From a bacterium (GTDB lineage Bacteria > Verrucomicrobiota > Verrucomicrobiia > Chthoniobacterales > JAFAMB01), in the NCBI GenBank assembly GCA_046727075.1, contig JBKPBY010000053.1, forward strand, positions 13,078 through 77,077: a DNA stretch of 64,000 nt. The letters run 5' to 3'. The notes beneath the pieces are model-generated. The model was not told where the DNA came from. It searched no databases and worked only from the letters and a program-made list of their open reading frames with translations. The translations under genes and the position numbers were made by a program. Below are positions 28,931 through 37,824 of the stretch, piece by piece; positions within the stretch are counted from its first letter, which is position 1, and every line of letters starts with the position of its first letter.

Positions 28931-31050
28931 TGCCCAGCCATATCGGCAACGACGAGTTCTTCGCCCATGACTGCCGTCGTCACTGCACCGTTTTCTTTTA
29001 GATAGAAACAGATTGGAACGTCAGGGGCCGAGCGAATTCCAAGTTCGGCCTTGCTCCCGGTGAAAATCGCGATTCTCGGTGCAAGCTTTGAAAGAATCGA
29101 CGGAAGATTGCGACTCGAGGAATGCATGCAGTACACGACATCGGGGCGGATGCCCGGCAGCTCAGCGGCCAACCGGTCGCTGACTTCGCTCAGGATCAGC
29201 ATGCGGAATGCGCCGAGAGCGACAACGAATTGCAAACTCTCTATGGCAGCCGTTTGATGACAGGGAACAACCTGAATGCTCGGAATCTTTCCTTGGAGAG
29301 CGCTTATGCCGGATTGATGCGGTTCCAGCCGAACCGATTGACCGATAAGAAACCACTTACTGGCTTCGTCCGGAACCCGGCTGCGCTGTGCGTTAGCGAC
29401 GATAAGCGTATTCAGGCGATTTACACCGCGCCATTCTAAATAAGGGCGAGCGACCAGATTCCAAGATGTAAAACTGTTGCCAGTAAAGAGCAGGTCCCGC
29501 CCCGCTAGATGCGCGTGAAACATGTGCCCGGATCGAGGGTGAAGCGCGGTGACGTAACCAGGCGGTGCAACGCCTCCGATGTTGACGCTATGATATGGAA
29601 TCGCCGTTACAGCATGCAGGACGAAGAGAATCATCTTGGTCAACAACCAGGTCGTATTGTTGAAACAGGAGGCTAGCCAGGTGGATAATGGCGCAGCCAG
29701 GACCGTGACGACGGCCAGGGTCATTACAATCGACGCGATCGGCACGACCATCACGTTAGCCAGTACTGAAACGGTTGAAACGCGATGGTCTCGAAGAATC
29801 AGAATCGGCAGCGTTGCCAGCCAGCACACAAGTGACAGGCTCATCAGCTCGCAGCCGTGAACTGCGATACGATGACCAATTTTCTGAACGGGATTGAGGA
29901 ATTGAATCGGTAAGAACGGGTCAATCCGGAACGGACGGCTTAACCAATGAGCGAGAGGTGCGACACACACAACGATCGCCAGCACCGCGGCAAATGATAG
30001 CTGGAATCCCAATTGGAAAAGCTGCTGCGTGTCATGCGCTAGGATGAGCAATCCAGAGGCTGCCAGCGAGTTTAGTATCGTGACAGGCTTTTCAAGTGAA
30101 GCGCCGATCGCCAGCAGGACCGCCATCACCGTCGCTCGAACTGTGGCAGGGTAAAACCCGGTGATGGCACAGTACAACACCAGGACGGGTACAAGCGCAA
30201 GAGCCACCGAACGTCGCGACAATCGCATCGCGCGAATGATCTTCCACGCGATTCCGCCAAACAGGCCAACTTGTAGCCCGCTCGCTGCAAAGAGGTGAAC
30301 AGTACCGGTGTCTTGAAAAACCTGTTTAAGCTCTGAAGAAGTTTCGGCGCGCGCGCCGAGCACCATCCCCTCGACGGTCTCAGCCACCTCGGGGTCATCT
30401 TCCAATCCTGTTTGCAGGAGGCTCGCGAGGCGATGCCTGATATTGAGCGCCATGGCAACAAACGGATTTGCTTTTCCGCGGCCGACCAGTTCGGCGGGTA
30501 CGCCTCGTAGTGAGCGGAAAGTGAGATACACGTTCTTTCGTTGTAGATAGCTATTGAAGTCGAACTCGCCCGGGTTCATAGGCTTGGCCGGCAAAACAAA
30601 TTTGCCCTGAGTGATTAGCTCGTCACCGTAGGTGAACGGGTCGCCTGAGCATTCTGCGAAGACCAGGAATCGAGTCGCCTGGCTGTCTACGCAGGTTACA
30701 ACTCCAGTAAATCGCTGGAGCGAGCGGAACGCATCAGATTTCGGATCGCTCGAGACAACCATGGTGACCGTGTGCTCGTCGGCGCTCAGATTCGGCCGGA
30801 GGCTCCACCGAAATCCCGGATCGTGATCTGTCCGGAAAGCGTGCCAGAAAGCGAAACCAAGGAGCAGAGTGAAGCAGGCTAATGCTGTCGACCGGACGCA
30901 AATCGCCACCGCGGCTGCAACTGCAATTGCTCCAGCCCAGAGAGGCCAGCTGCTCCAGCGTCCGTCAGCAGCCAGAATCCCGAGGGCAGCGGCAAAGAAC
31001 AGTCCGGCACAAGGGGCACGCTGGCGCAACCAAATAAATGGGTCAAACAC
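28900..31050 (-). CDS. comEC: ComEC/Rec2-family DNA-internalisation channel protein
   Basis: 716 aa, polytopic. Competence-domain motif GTVHLFAASGLQVG. The 3' end overlaps trmB by 31 nt (convergent). Confidence 0.8.
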   Translation of the reverse strand: MFDPFIWLRQRAPCAGLFFAAALGILAADGRWSSWPLWAGAIAVAAAVAICVRSTALACFTLLLGFAFWHAFRTDHDPGFRWSLRPNLSADEHTVTMVVSSDPKSDAFRSLQRFTGVVTCVDSQATRFLVFAECSGDPFTYGDELITQGKFVLPAKPMNPGEFDFNSYLQRKNVYLTFRSLRGVPAELVGRGKANPFVAMALNIRHRLASLLQTGLEDDPEVAETVEGMVLGARAETSSELKQVFQDTGTVHLFAASGLQVGLFGGIAWKIIRAMRLSRRSVALALVPVLVLYCAITGFYPATVRATVMAVLLAIGASLEKPVTILNSLAASGLLILAHDTQQLFQLGFQLSFAAVLAIVVCVAPLAHWLSRPFRIDPFLPIQFLNPVQKIGHRIAVHGCELMSLSLVCWLATLPILILRDHRVSTVSVLANVMVVPIASIVMTLAVVTVLAAPLSTWLASCFNNTTWLLTKMILFVLHAVTAIPYHSVNIGGVAPPGYVTALHPRSGHMFHAHLAGRDLLFTGNSFTSWNLVARPYLEWRGVNRLNTLIVANAQRSRVPDEASKWFLIGQSVRLEPHQSGISALQGKIPSIQVVPCHQTAAIESLQFVVALGAFRMLILSEVSDRLAAELPGIRPDVVYCMHSSSRNLPSILSKLAPRIAIFTGSKAELGIRSAPDVPICFYLKENGAVTTAVMGEELVVADMAGHQVRLRSLNR

Positions 31051-31227
31051 TGGTAATCATAACACAGAAGATATCTGTTATCCAGGTCTTTTCAATACCT
31101 CCCATAGCCTCCATAGGATTGGCGTTCAAATCAGTTTTCGTTCATCGGTTCTGTTTGGCACATTTTTCTGCATTTTCCAGCTGGAAATGCTTGCCGGATG
31201 TCCGGTTCCCGCTTAAAAGCAGCGTTC

Positions 31228-31974
31228 ATGCGCAAAAATCTGTTCCCCTTAGCCATTCTCTGCTTTTCAACAGTGCTGGCTTATGGGGAACCGAACGTGG
31301 CTGTCACGCGCTTGGCAGACGGGTTCGATTTTCCGGTTGGTAAACCGGATGCGTCTGGCTACCACAAGTCTCGCGGCTTTTCGCCGCACGGGCATCTCGG
31401 CGAAGATTGGGTCGGAGCAACGCCAGGAGCAGCTTTCAGAGATCCCGTTTACGCGGTCGGCAACGGAATCGTCACACTAGCCAGAGATTTTCGACGTGCC
31501 TGGGGAAACGTGATTGTTGTCCGGCACGCTTTTAAAGAGGATGGCCAAACCAAGTATGCCGACTCGTTGTACGCTCATTTGGACAAGATTCTGGTGCGGG
31601 AAGGCCAGCAGGTCGCGCGTGGAGAGCAGATCGGAACGATCGGTAGCGCCCATGGTCGCTATTCTCCCCATCTGCACCTTGAGATGCACAAAAACCTCGC
31701 GATTGGCGTGGTCCATACCCTGTTTAACGGAGACTTTTCGAACTACTACGATCCGACTTCATTCTTGAGCTCGCACCGATCGCTGCGTTCAGGCAATCGT
31801 CCGACGACTGTTGCGATAAACAATTTCGCCATGCCTACCTATGCCGGGGTTCCTGCGTTGAAACCGGTTGTACCTGCGACAGAGGCACATCAGCTGCCAA
31901 ATGAGAAGAAAAACAGCATCTATCATTTCGGCCATTATGACGATCTAATCAAAGATCAGTCTGTCACCCGATAA
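31228..31974 (+). CDS. M23-family metallopeptidase
   Basis: HLGEDW and SPHLHLEMH zinc motifs. Signal peptide MRKNLFPLAILCFSTVLAYG begins at ATG 31228. Confidence 0.85.
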   Translation: MRKNLFPLAILCFSTVLAYGEPNVAVTRLADGFDFPVGKPDASGYHKSRGFSPHGHLGEDWVGATPGAAFRDPVYAVGNGIVTLARDFRRAWGNVIVVRHAFKEDGQTKYADSLYAHLDKILVREGQQVARGEQIGTIGSAHGRYSPHLHLEMHKNLAIGVVHTLFNGDFSNYYDPTSFLSSHRSLRSGNRPTTVAINNFAMPTYAGVPALKPVVPATEAHQLPNEKKNSIYHFGHYDDLIKDQSVTR

Positions 31975-32148
31975 GGCCATTGTGTTAGAGCTTTTTTGAC
32001 GGGACGCTATAGCGCGGCACGCCTCTGCCGTCGGCACCTAAGACGTCTTAACGCGATCTCGAATGAGCGTAACGGCGCGTTGGGTATTGGCGGCAGGGCC
32101 GCCGACCCTGCAGCGTCGCGAAACGCCAAACGCCAAACGCCGAACTCT

Positions 32149-33666
32149 ATGCCTTCAGCCTACGATGAGGTCCTCTATCCGCCGGGCGTTCATATCCATA
32201 CGCAGCTTGATCGGCTCGCAACGGTAGGGCATCTGCGCGGAATGCAGCCTGCTCCGGTTGATAATTGCCGGGTGCTGGAACTCGGCTGTGGTGTTGGAAC
32301 GAACCTGGTTGCGATGGCAATCAACTCGCCTGAGAGTTCGTTTCTTGGCCTGGATCTCGCCTGTAAGCCGATTCAGAGCGGTCAAGCCGACATCAAGGAA
32401 CTAGGGTTCCGCAATGTTGAGTTGATCGAGGCAGATGTTCTTGATGCAAACAAGAAACGGTTCGGCGTATTCGACTACATCATTGCTCACGGGTTGTACT
32501 CGTGGGTACCGGAATCGGTCCGTGAGCATGTGCTTGGCATGTGCCGGGAAATGCTGAGTCCGAACGGTATCGGTTACATAAGCTACAATGCGTATCCGGG
32601 GAACCATCTCCGCGATCTCGCTCGCGGGATCATGCGATTCCATGCCAGGCATTTCCAGGAACCCGCGGAAAAGATCCAGCAAGCGCGGGGAATTTTGCAG
32701 TTTCTTGCCAGAGCCCGTTCGGAACCGAACGCTTACACGGCGGCTTTACAATCAGAAGTCGATCGAGTCGTCGAATATGCTGACGCGGCCTTCTATCACG
32801 ACGATCTCAGCGACATTAATCGATCGTTCTATTTTTACGAGTTCGTCCGAGACGCCGAACGCCATGATCTCCGGTTCGTTGGCGAATCCAGTCCGAACGA
32901 AGTTGATCCTGATAAAGTGACACCTGAAACGCTCCAGCGGCTCAGCGAGCTCGAAAGCGCCGATGAGGCGACTCTTGAACAGTATAAGGACTTTGTGCTT
33001 GGATGCGGATTCAGGCGCACGCTTGTTTGTCACAAAGAAGTTCCGCTGGCGCCGAATCGTTTGGCGGAAGTCGTTAAAGAGCTCTTTCTTTCATGCGATG
33101 CTGCACCCGTCGACGAGCCTGCTGGGGGAACAGTTTTCAGACAGCGAAAAGGAGGGGAGCTGGCGAGCATGCATCCACCGATCATTGCCGCGCTTCGTCG
33201 AATCTGTGAGGAATGGCCGTGTGCGATATCATTTGATGCCGCGTTTCGCGCTTCCGGTATGAGCGACTGCGGGTTGCTCACTGAAGTCTTGTTGAAGGCG
33301 TATGAGAGTGGCGTTGTACAGCTGCACACAATTCCACGAGTCGTCGTGAATCGAGTCAGCGAGCGGCCGATAGCCTCGACGTTGGCTCGGCTCCAAGCGA
33401 GCCGCGGTGAGCTTGTAACTTGCCAGCTTCATAAGTTGATTCGATTGGCGGATCCGCTGAGTAAGCGGCTGGTGACTTTGCTGGATGGAACGCGTGATCA
33501 AGGAGCAATTCTTGAAGAGCTTTTAGAGTTTGCCAGATCTGGACAAGTAGAACTTCGCGACAACGAACGCTTTCTCACAGATCCAGCGGAAATCGATTCG
33601 GTCATCCGGCGCCGTGTGCCAGAGGTACTTCAAGCGCTCGCCCGCGAAGCGATGCTGGTAGGGTAG
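32149..33666 (+). CDS. class-I SAM methyltransferase with a C-terminal methyltransferase-regulatory-type domain
   Basis: AYDEVLYPPGVHIHTQLDRLATVG ... VLELGCGVGTN ... FDYIIAHGLYSWVP ... YISYNAYPG. Start at ATG 32149, because the upstream part of the ORF is translated repeat (NAKRQTPNS). Confidence 0.8.
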   Translation: MPSAYDEVLYPPGVHIHTQLDRLATVGHLRGMQPAPVDNCRVLELGCGVGTNLVAMAINSPESSFLGLDLACKPIQSGQADIKELGFRNVELIEADVLDANKKRFGVFDYIIAHGLYSWVPESVREHVLGMCREMLSPNGIGYISYNAYPGNHLRDLARGIMRFHARHFQEPAEKIQQARGILQFLARARSEPNAYTAALQSEVDRVVEYADAAFYHDDLSDINRSFYFYEFVRDAERHDLRFVGESSPNEVDPDKVTPETLQRLSELESADEATLEQYKDFVLGCGFRRTLVCHKEVPLAPNRLAEVVKELFLSCDAAPVDEPAGGTVFRQRKGGELASMHPPIIAALRRICEEWPCAISFDAAFRASGMSDCGLLTEVLLKAYESGVVQLHTIPRVVVNRVSERPIASTLARLQASRGELVTCQLHKLIRLADPLSKRLVTLLDGTRDQGAILEELLEFARSGQVELRDNERFLTDPAEIDSVIRRRVPEVLQALAREAMLVG

Positions 33667-33736
33667 GGATTCCCTGTAGGGCGGCAGGCACTGCCGCCGA
33701 CATCTATCCGGTACCACTCCCTTGCACGTGCCTACA

Positions 33737-33791
33737 GCGCCAAACGCCAAAACCTCTCGCGCAGTAGTCCGGCCTTGGCCGGACGAAGGCG
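33737..33791. repeat. REP-like element copy 2 (extended)
   Basis: GCGCCAAACGCCAAAACCTCTCGCGCAG followed by the perfect 27-mer at 33765-33791. Confidence 0.95.
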
Positions 33792-33801
33792 TCAAATGCC
33801 T

Positions 33802-34665
33802 CTACGGCACAACTGCCCACACTTCGACGATCCGATTTTTGGCGAACTGCTGCTGATCAAACATATCAGTTCCTCCCATCGGGATCGGATACATAACATT
33901 CAGCACGCCGCACTTGTCTTTCAGGATCTGGGTCACTGTCTGAGCTCTTCCAAGCGATAGATCGATATTCCTTTGGTCGTTCCCTTGTTTGTCGGCGTAC
34001 CCTAGAACCACCAGTAATAACGTTGGATCCTCCAGAAATCTTCGAACGCGCTCTTGAGAAACCTGATTCTGAACGGAGGCAATATCTTGTGGGGGAAGAT
34101 TGGTGTTTGCTGTTGCGAACGAGATTACAACGAGACGCCCCATTCCCTTTGCCTTTTCTACAAATTGGTACACTCGGTCTTTCTGGGCTCGCGTATAGGT
34201 TGGCTGCATCTCAACTCGCCTAAGAATCTCTCGTTTTACCTGGTCAAAATCTTGTCCGGTGAGATCCAAATTTAGAGGCTCTACCTTAGAAAGCGGCGTT
34301 CCACTCGGCGCTGGCGTAGGCGTTGGCGTGGAAATGGGAGTAGGAATCGGAGTCGGTACTGGGGTTGATATCGGAGTTGGAGTCGGGGCGACGGTTGGTG
34401 TTGGCGTGGGCTCCGTTATTATGGAGGGCCGTCGGGGAGACGAAAAAAGAGTCCAGATGATTGCGGCGATCGCCAGCAGCAATACCGCCCCCACACATGC
34501 GAAAACTATCCAGAGATAGGATGGTTTTTCTTTCGGTCCAATTGTTTCAAGTTGGGATCCGCACTCCGGACAATTGAAATTCTTGGTAACGACAACGATC
34601 TTCTCGTTCCGATAGGCCAGCGTACAGCCTGAATAATTGGTACACTTACCGACAGTTTGGGCCAT
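33802..34665 (-). CDS. Zn-ribbon / single-TM / Pro-Thr linker / OmpA-MotB-like peptidoglycan-binding protein
   Basis: 287 aa. KCTNYSGC...CPECG zinc ribbon, TM helix LWIVFACVGAVLLLAIAAIIWTLF, linker PTPTPTVAPTPTPISTPVPTPIPTPISTPTPTPAP, and OmpA-like C-terminus VVLGYADKQGNDQRNIDLSLGRAQTV ... NRIVEVW. Confidence 0.7.
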   Translation of the reverse strand: MAQTVGKCTNYSGCTLAYRNEKIVVVTKNFNCPECGSQLETIGPKEKPSYLWIVFACVGAVLLLAIAAIIWTLFSSPRRPSIITEPTPTPTVAPTPTPISTPVPTPIPTPISTPTPTPAPSGTPLSKVEPLNLDLTGQDFDQVKREILRRVEMQPTYTRAQKDRVYQFVEKAKGMGRLVVISFATANTNLPPQDIASVQNQVSQERVRRFLEDPTLLLVVLGYADKQGNDQRNIDLSLGRAQTVTQILKDKCGVLNVMYPIPMGGTDMFDQQQFAKNRIVEVWAVVP

Positions 34666-34731
34666 ATCAGAGAAATTGTAGGTGTCATTTTGCTCGGGAA
34701 ACCCCGTGGGGTCAATGACTGACCGCCAAAC

Positions 34732-34747
34732 TAATCCGATCGGATTA
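34732..34747. promoter_or_regulatory. perfect 16-bp palindrome, candidate operator
   Basis: TAATCCGATCGGATTA, located 67-82 nt upstream of the Zn-ribbon/OmpA start codon. Confidence 0.35.
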
Positions 34748-34872
34748 TAGGCTGGCGTAGCACACGCAGGAGTCCGGCGATTGCCGGATGAAGCTCAGCC
34801 CTGCCGGCGATGTGTTTCGCTCCCGCAATCGGTAGGGCCGAGCTTCAGCTCGGCCTCCTGCGAGTACCGCCC

Positions 34873-36801
34873 TCAGGCGTGTTGTTTAGCTAAGACCGCG
34901 TAGATCGCGTCATGGATCTCGAGATTCTGGTTCCAATCGGGGACAACCAGGCTTCGCGAACGAAGTTGCAGCCGAGCCAGGTCGGCAATCGGTTCTTCAA
35001 AAATCTTTTCCAGGGCGCTCGGTGGCGCGTCTCCGAAGTCTCGGCAGAAGCTGGCGGGACCAACGCCGGGAAATAGCCGAACAATCAGGCCCAACGCCTG
35101 CCACCACAGCTCCGGAGGAACAACATGGGCTGCTCTGGCGCGCATCTCCGGGTCAAATGTGAGGCGATGTGGGCCGAGTGATTCGCTCCACCGTGGGTCG
35201 CGCTCGATGACATCCTGCAGTTGGGCCGGGAACGGAGCATCTTTCTCCGTAGAGATCTGCCGGGCCAGGCTCAATATCTCATCGAGAGCAATGGCCAGCG
35301 TATTCTCTCCGTTGACGAGAAGAATCCGCGTGGCAATTACGGCCAGAGAATACATGTCGCATGGCGAGGACAAAAGCGGTAACACCTCAAAATTAACCTG
35401 GTGGATCGGAGTTCCCGCGGCCTTTTCCAGAGCCTGCTGTTGTGTCTCCGAAAGCTCCTGCGGAACTGTCCTGAACCGTGTCTCTCCTGTAGCCAATGCC
35501 TGCGATTCATCGACCCTGCCAAAAAGATTGATCTGATGCGGCACCAGCGTGAACTGAATGTGCAGCAGGTCACTGGCGGCAATTTCCAGACGTTCGTCGG
35601 AAGCGATTGTCGCTTCGATACAAATTCCTTGCGGAGTCGGCGGCAACACTTTGCGAATGCGTATCGTAGCCTTTCCTTGTAACGGAACGCCCAGGTTGCG
35701 TGGCCGAAACACGGATGGGCTTGGCGATTCTGCCGGAAGAAAATAGCGAGCGCGACTGGTTTCCAGTGCCAGCGGGATTGCTCGGCTTGATTCGATTAAG
35801 TCGACGTTCGCTGTCCACAAACAAGGCAGTCCGGTTCCGGTTTCCGACAGCCTCACGCGGAAGCTAGCTGTGTTAAGCCCGAGAAACGGGAGCTGCTGTA
35901 AACGAATTGCGTTTCGGGTTTCGACGATCGTTTGAAGAATCAGGTTGAGTTTGAGATGCAAAACTTCAAGCAAGCGCGCGGCTTTACCGTTCCTTCCGGT
36001 AAACAGGTGGGCGCCTTCCTGGATTGCTTGATCAATGTCGGCGAGACGGGAATAGGCGGCTCCGAGAGGTATGCGGCCACCTCCGTTCATGTCGAAATGA
36101 ATGCCACCCCAGGATTTTCCGCCGAGCACATCTGCAAATTCGCTGAGCGACAGTGGAGAGAGCAATCGCGCAAACCATAGTCCGCCAGCGTTGAAGACTG
36201 ATGCCCGCGGGAAAGAATCGCTCAGTGTTCTTACACCGGGCGGAGTAGGAGCATCCGTGGTAGCTGCGAGAAAAATGGGAGCCTTGGTCTGCGGACCGGT
36301 CCACAGATAGCGGTGCAACGATTGGCTATATGCAGGTAAGCTGGCAGCAACCAGCGCTTCATCATCGGTACACAGGGAAAATTGCTGGTTTGATTCGGGG
36401 TCAACTGGCCGAACGATCGTGCCGGATTCCAGGAAAGCCGGATCACGACGATCCGTTTCGATTAAATTCGTGCGGCCGAGGCTTCGGAACATGGAAGTCC
36501 GTTGCGCCCATTTCTGGTCCAGAAACGCGTTGGTCAAAGGCTCTGACCGTGCGCGAAAGCTGGAGCGGACGCGATCGACATTTTGCACCCAGACCTCGAC
36601 CCAGATCTTTGGATCTTTCACACGGTCGACCAGGCAGCCAAGATAGACGGAAGCGTCGATCGTCTCACGTAACAGCAGAAAATGCGGTGTTTTTTCCGCC
36701 TGAACGACTAGGCAAAGAGCGAGAGTCGCGTCGCGATCTTCTGGCTGCAGTGGTACAGCGCGAAATCCTGGTGGCAACAACTCGTCCTCAGAACCCGTCA
36801 T
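34873..36801 (-). CDS. hypothetical 642-aa protein (orphan; kinase-C-lobe-like segment only)
   Basis: A long uninterrupted ORF whose amino-acid composition looks protein-like by eye. No catalytic motif recognised. SSPCDMYSLAVIATRILL ... VPPELWWQALGLIVRLF resembles Hanks-kinase subdomains IX-XI. Confidence 0.7.
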   Translation of the reverse strand: MTGSEDELLPPGFRAVPLQPEDRDATLALCLVVQAEKTPHFLLLRETIDASVYLGCLVDRVKDPKIWVEVWVQNVDRVRSSFRARSEPLTNAFLDQKWAQRTSMFRSLGRTNLIETDRRDPAFLESGTIVRPVDPESNQQFSLCTDDEALVAASLPAYSQSLHRYLWTGPQTKAPIFLAATTDAPTPPGVRTLSDSFPRASVFNAGGLWFARLLSPLSLSEFADVLGGKSWGGIHFDMNGGGRIPLGAAYSRLADIDQAIQEGAHLFTGRNGKAARLLEVLHLKLNLILQTIVETRNAIRLQQLPFLGLNTASFRVRLSETGTGLPCLWTANVDLIESSRAIPLALETSRARYFLPAESPSPSVFRPRNLGVPLQGKATIRIRKVLPPTPQGICIEATIASDERLEIAASDLLHIQFTLVPHQINLFGRVDESQALATGETRFRTVPQELSETQQQALEKAAGTPIHQVNFEVLPLLSSPCDMYSLAVIATRILLVNGENTLAIALDEILSLARQISTEKDAPFPAQLQDVIERDPRWSESLGPHRLTFDPEMRARAAHVVPPELWWQALGLIVRLFPGVGPASFCRDFGDAPPSALEKIFEEPIADLARLQLRSRSLVVPDWNQNLEIHDAIYAVLAKQHA

Positions 36802-36850
36802 CTACCCGAGCGTAACATCACGAATCCTATTTTGGCTAGCACGGAGGAGG

Positions 36851-36974
36851 GAACCGCAGATTTCACAGATTACGCAGATTTTATTTTGGTGGTCGCCTCC
36901 AACGATGCGGGCAAGTCCACGCGATAGACCTGAATATCAATAAAAATCTGTGTAATCCGCGAAATCTGCGGTTC
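36851..36974. repeat. MITE-like element: ~35-bp terminal inverted repeats around a 53-bp core
   Basis: GAACCGCAGATTTCACAGATTACGCAGATTTTATT (36851-36885) versus AATAAAAATCTGTGTAATCCGCGAAATCTGCGGTTC (36939-36974). Confidence 0.75.
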
Positions 36975-36989
36975 TTTCTTTCTGCTCCT

Positions 36990-37727
36990 CTACAACGCCG
37001 CGTTGACTTGCTGAATCGCTTGCTGGACCTGTTGATAGCTCGCTTGGAAGCCTTCCATCGTTTTTTTGTCAGAGAACGAAATGCCGGCCTCTTTGCCTGG
37101 CTTCCATTTTCCGGCGTTCTTTTCCAGATAATCGGTCACACCGAGCGCAGCGTCCGCCAGCTTTGTCAGAGCATCGGACCGAGCTGCTTGTTTCGTGATT
37201 GCGTTCCTTTCGATAAACAAGTTTGTCACTTGCGATGCCATATCGTCCGACAAGCCTGCAGCTTTCAACTGTGTCGTCATATTTGCTTGGAGGCCGTTGA
37301 GTACATCCCGCCTTTTGCCGGACGCATCCTTCAATGCTTCCGCTGCCTTCTTTGCGTTGGCGACATCCTCCTTTGTTTTAATTGCGGCCAACGGCTGTAC
37401 CACCTGCGCGTCGACAGTCGTTTCGAGCGGTTTCGCAGCGGCGTCTACATCGGCCAAGTTTTTCCCCGTCTCATTGAGAGCACGAGCAACTGGAGCCTCG
37501 TCCGGCGGCAATGAATCGGGATTTGCGCTCATCAAGTTCAAATAATCCGCTGGTCCTTTCGGTTTCGGTGTAGCGGTTGGAGTCGCTTGCGCTTGGGGAG
37601 GCGGTTGTTCACTCTTGTTGCAGGCGGAGAGCAACCCGAAGAGCGCAATCAGGCAAAGCGAAGAATAGAGACCGCACACCCAAGAAGCATTACGGCGTGG
37701 TTGAGAGGATGAGATCGCATTCGACAT
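36990..37727 (-). CDS. hypothetical alpha-helical lipoprotein
   Basis: Lipobox LLSAC after a hydrophobic segment. PQAQATPTATPKPKG linker, then an Ala/Lys/Gln-rich helical body. Start taken at ATG 37727. Confidence 0.6.
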   Translation of the reverse strand: MSNAISSSQPRRNASWVCGLYSSLCLIALFGLLSACNKSEQPPPQAQATPTATPKPKGPADYLNLMSANPDSLPPDEAPVARALNETGKNLADVDAAAKPLETTVDAQVVQPLAAIKTKEDVANAKKAAEALKDASGKRRDVLNGLQANMTTQLKAAGLSDDMASQVTNLFIERNAITKQAARSDALTKLADAALGVTDYLEKNAGKWKPGKEAGISFSDKKTMEGFQASYQQVQQAIQQVNAAL

Positions 37728-37824
37728 GTCGGTAGTTCTAGCGAGATTCGCGGGCACGTCTACGGCGATTTTCTCGCGAATCCCTGTTGAGACGCGAACT
37801 CGATGCAATGATAGTGCGAGCCAC

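Noticed and set aside
34290-34430. Imperfect DNA periodicity (GGxGTxGG on the plus strand)
   Set aside because: It is the coding sequence of the Pro/Thr linker of the Zn-ribbon/OmpA protein, not an independent repeat element.
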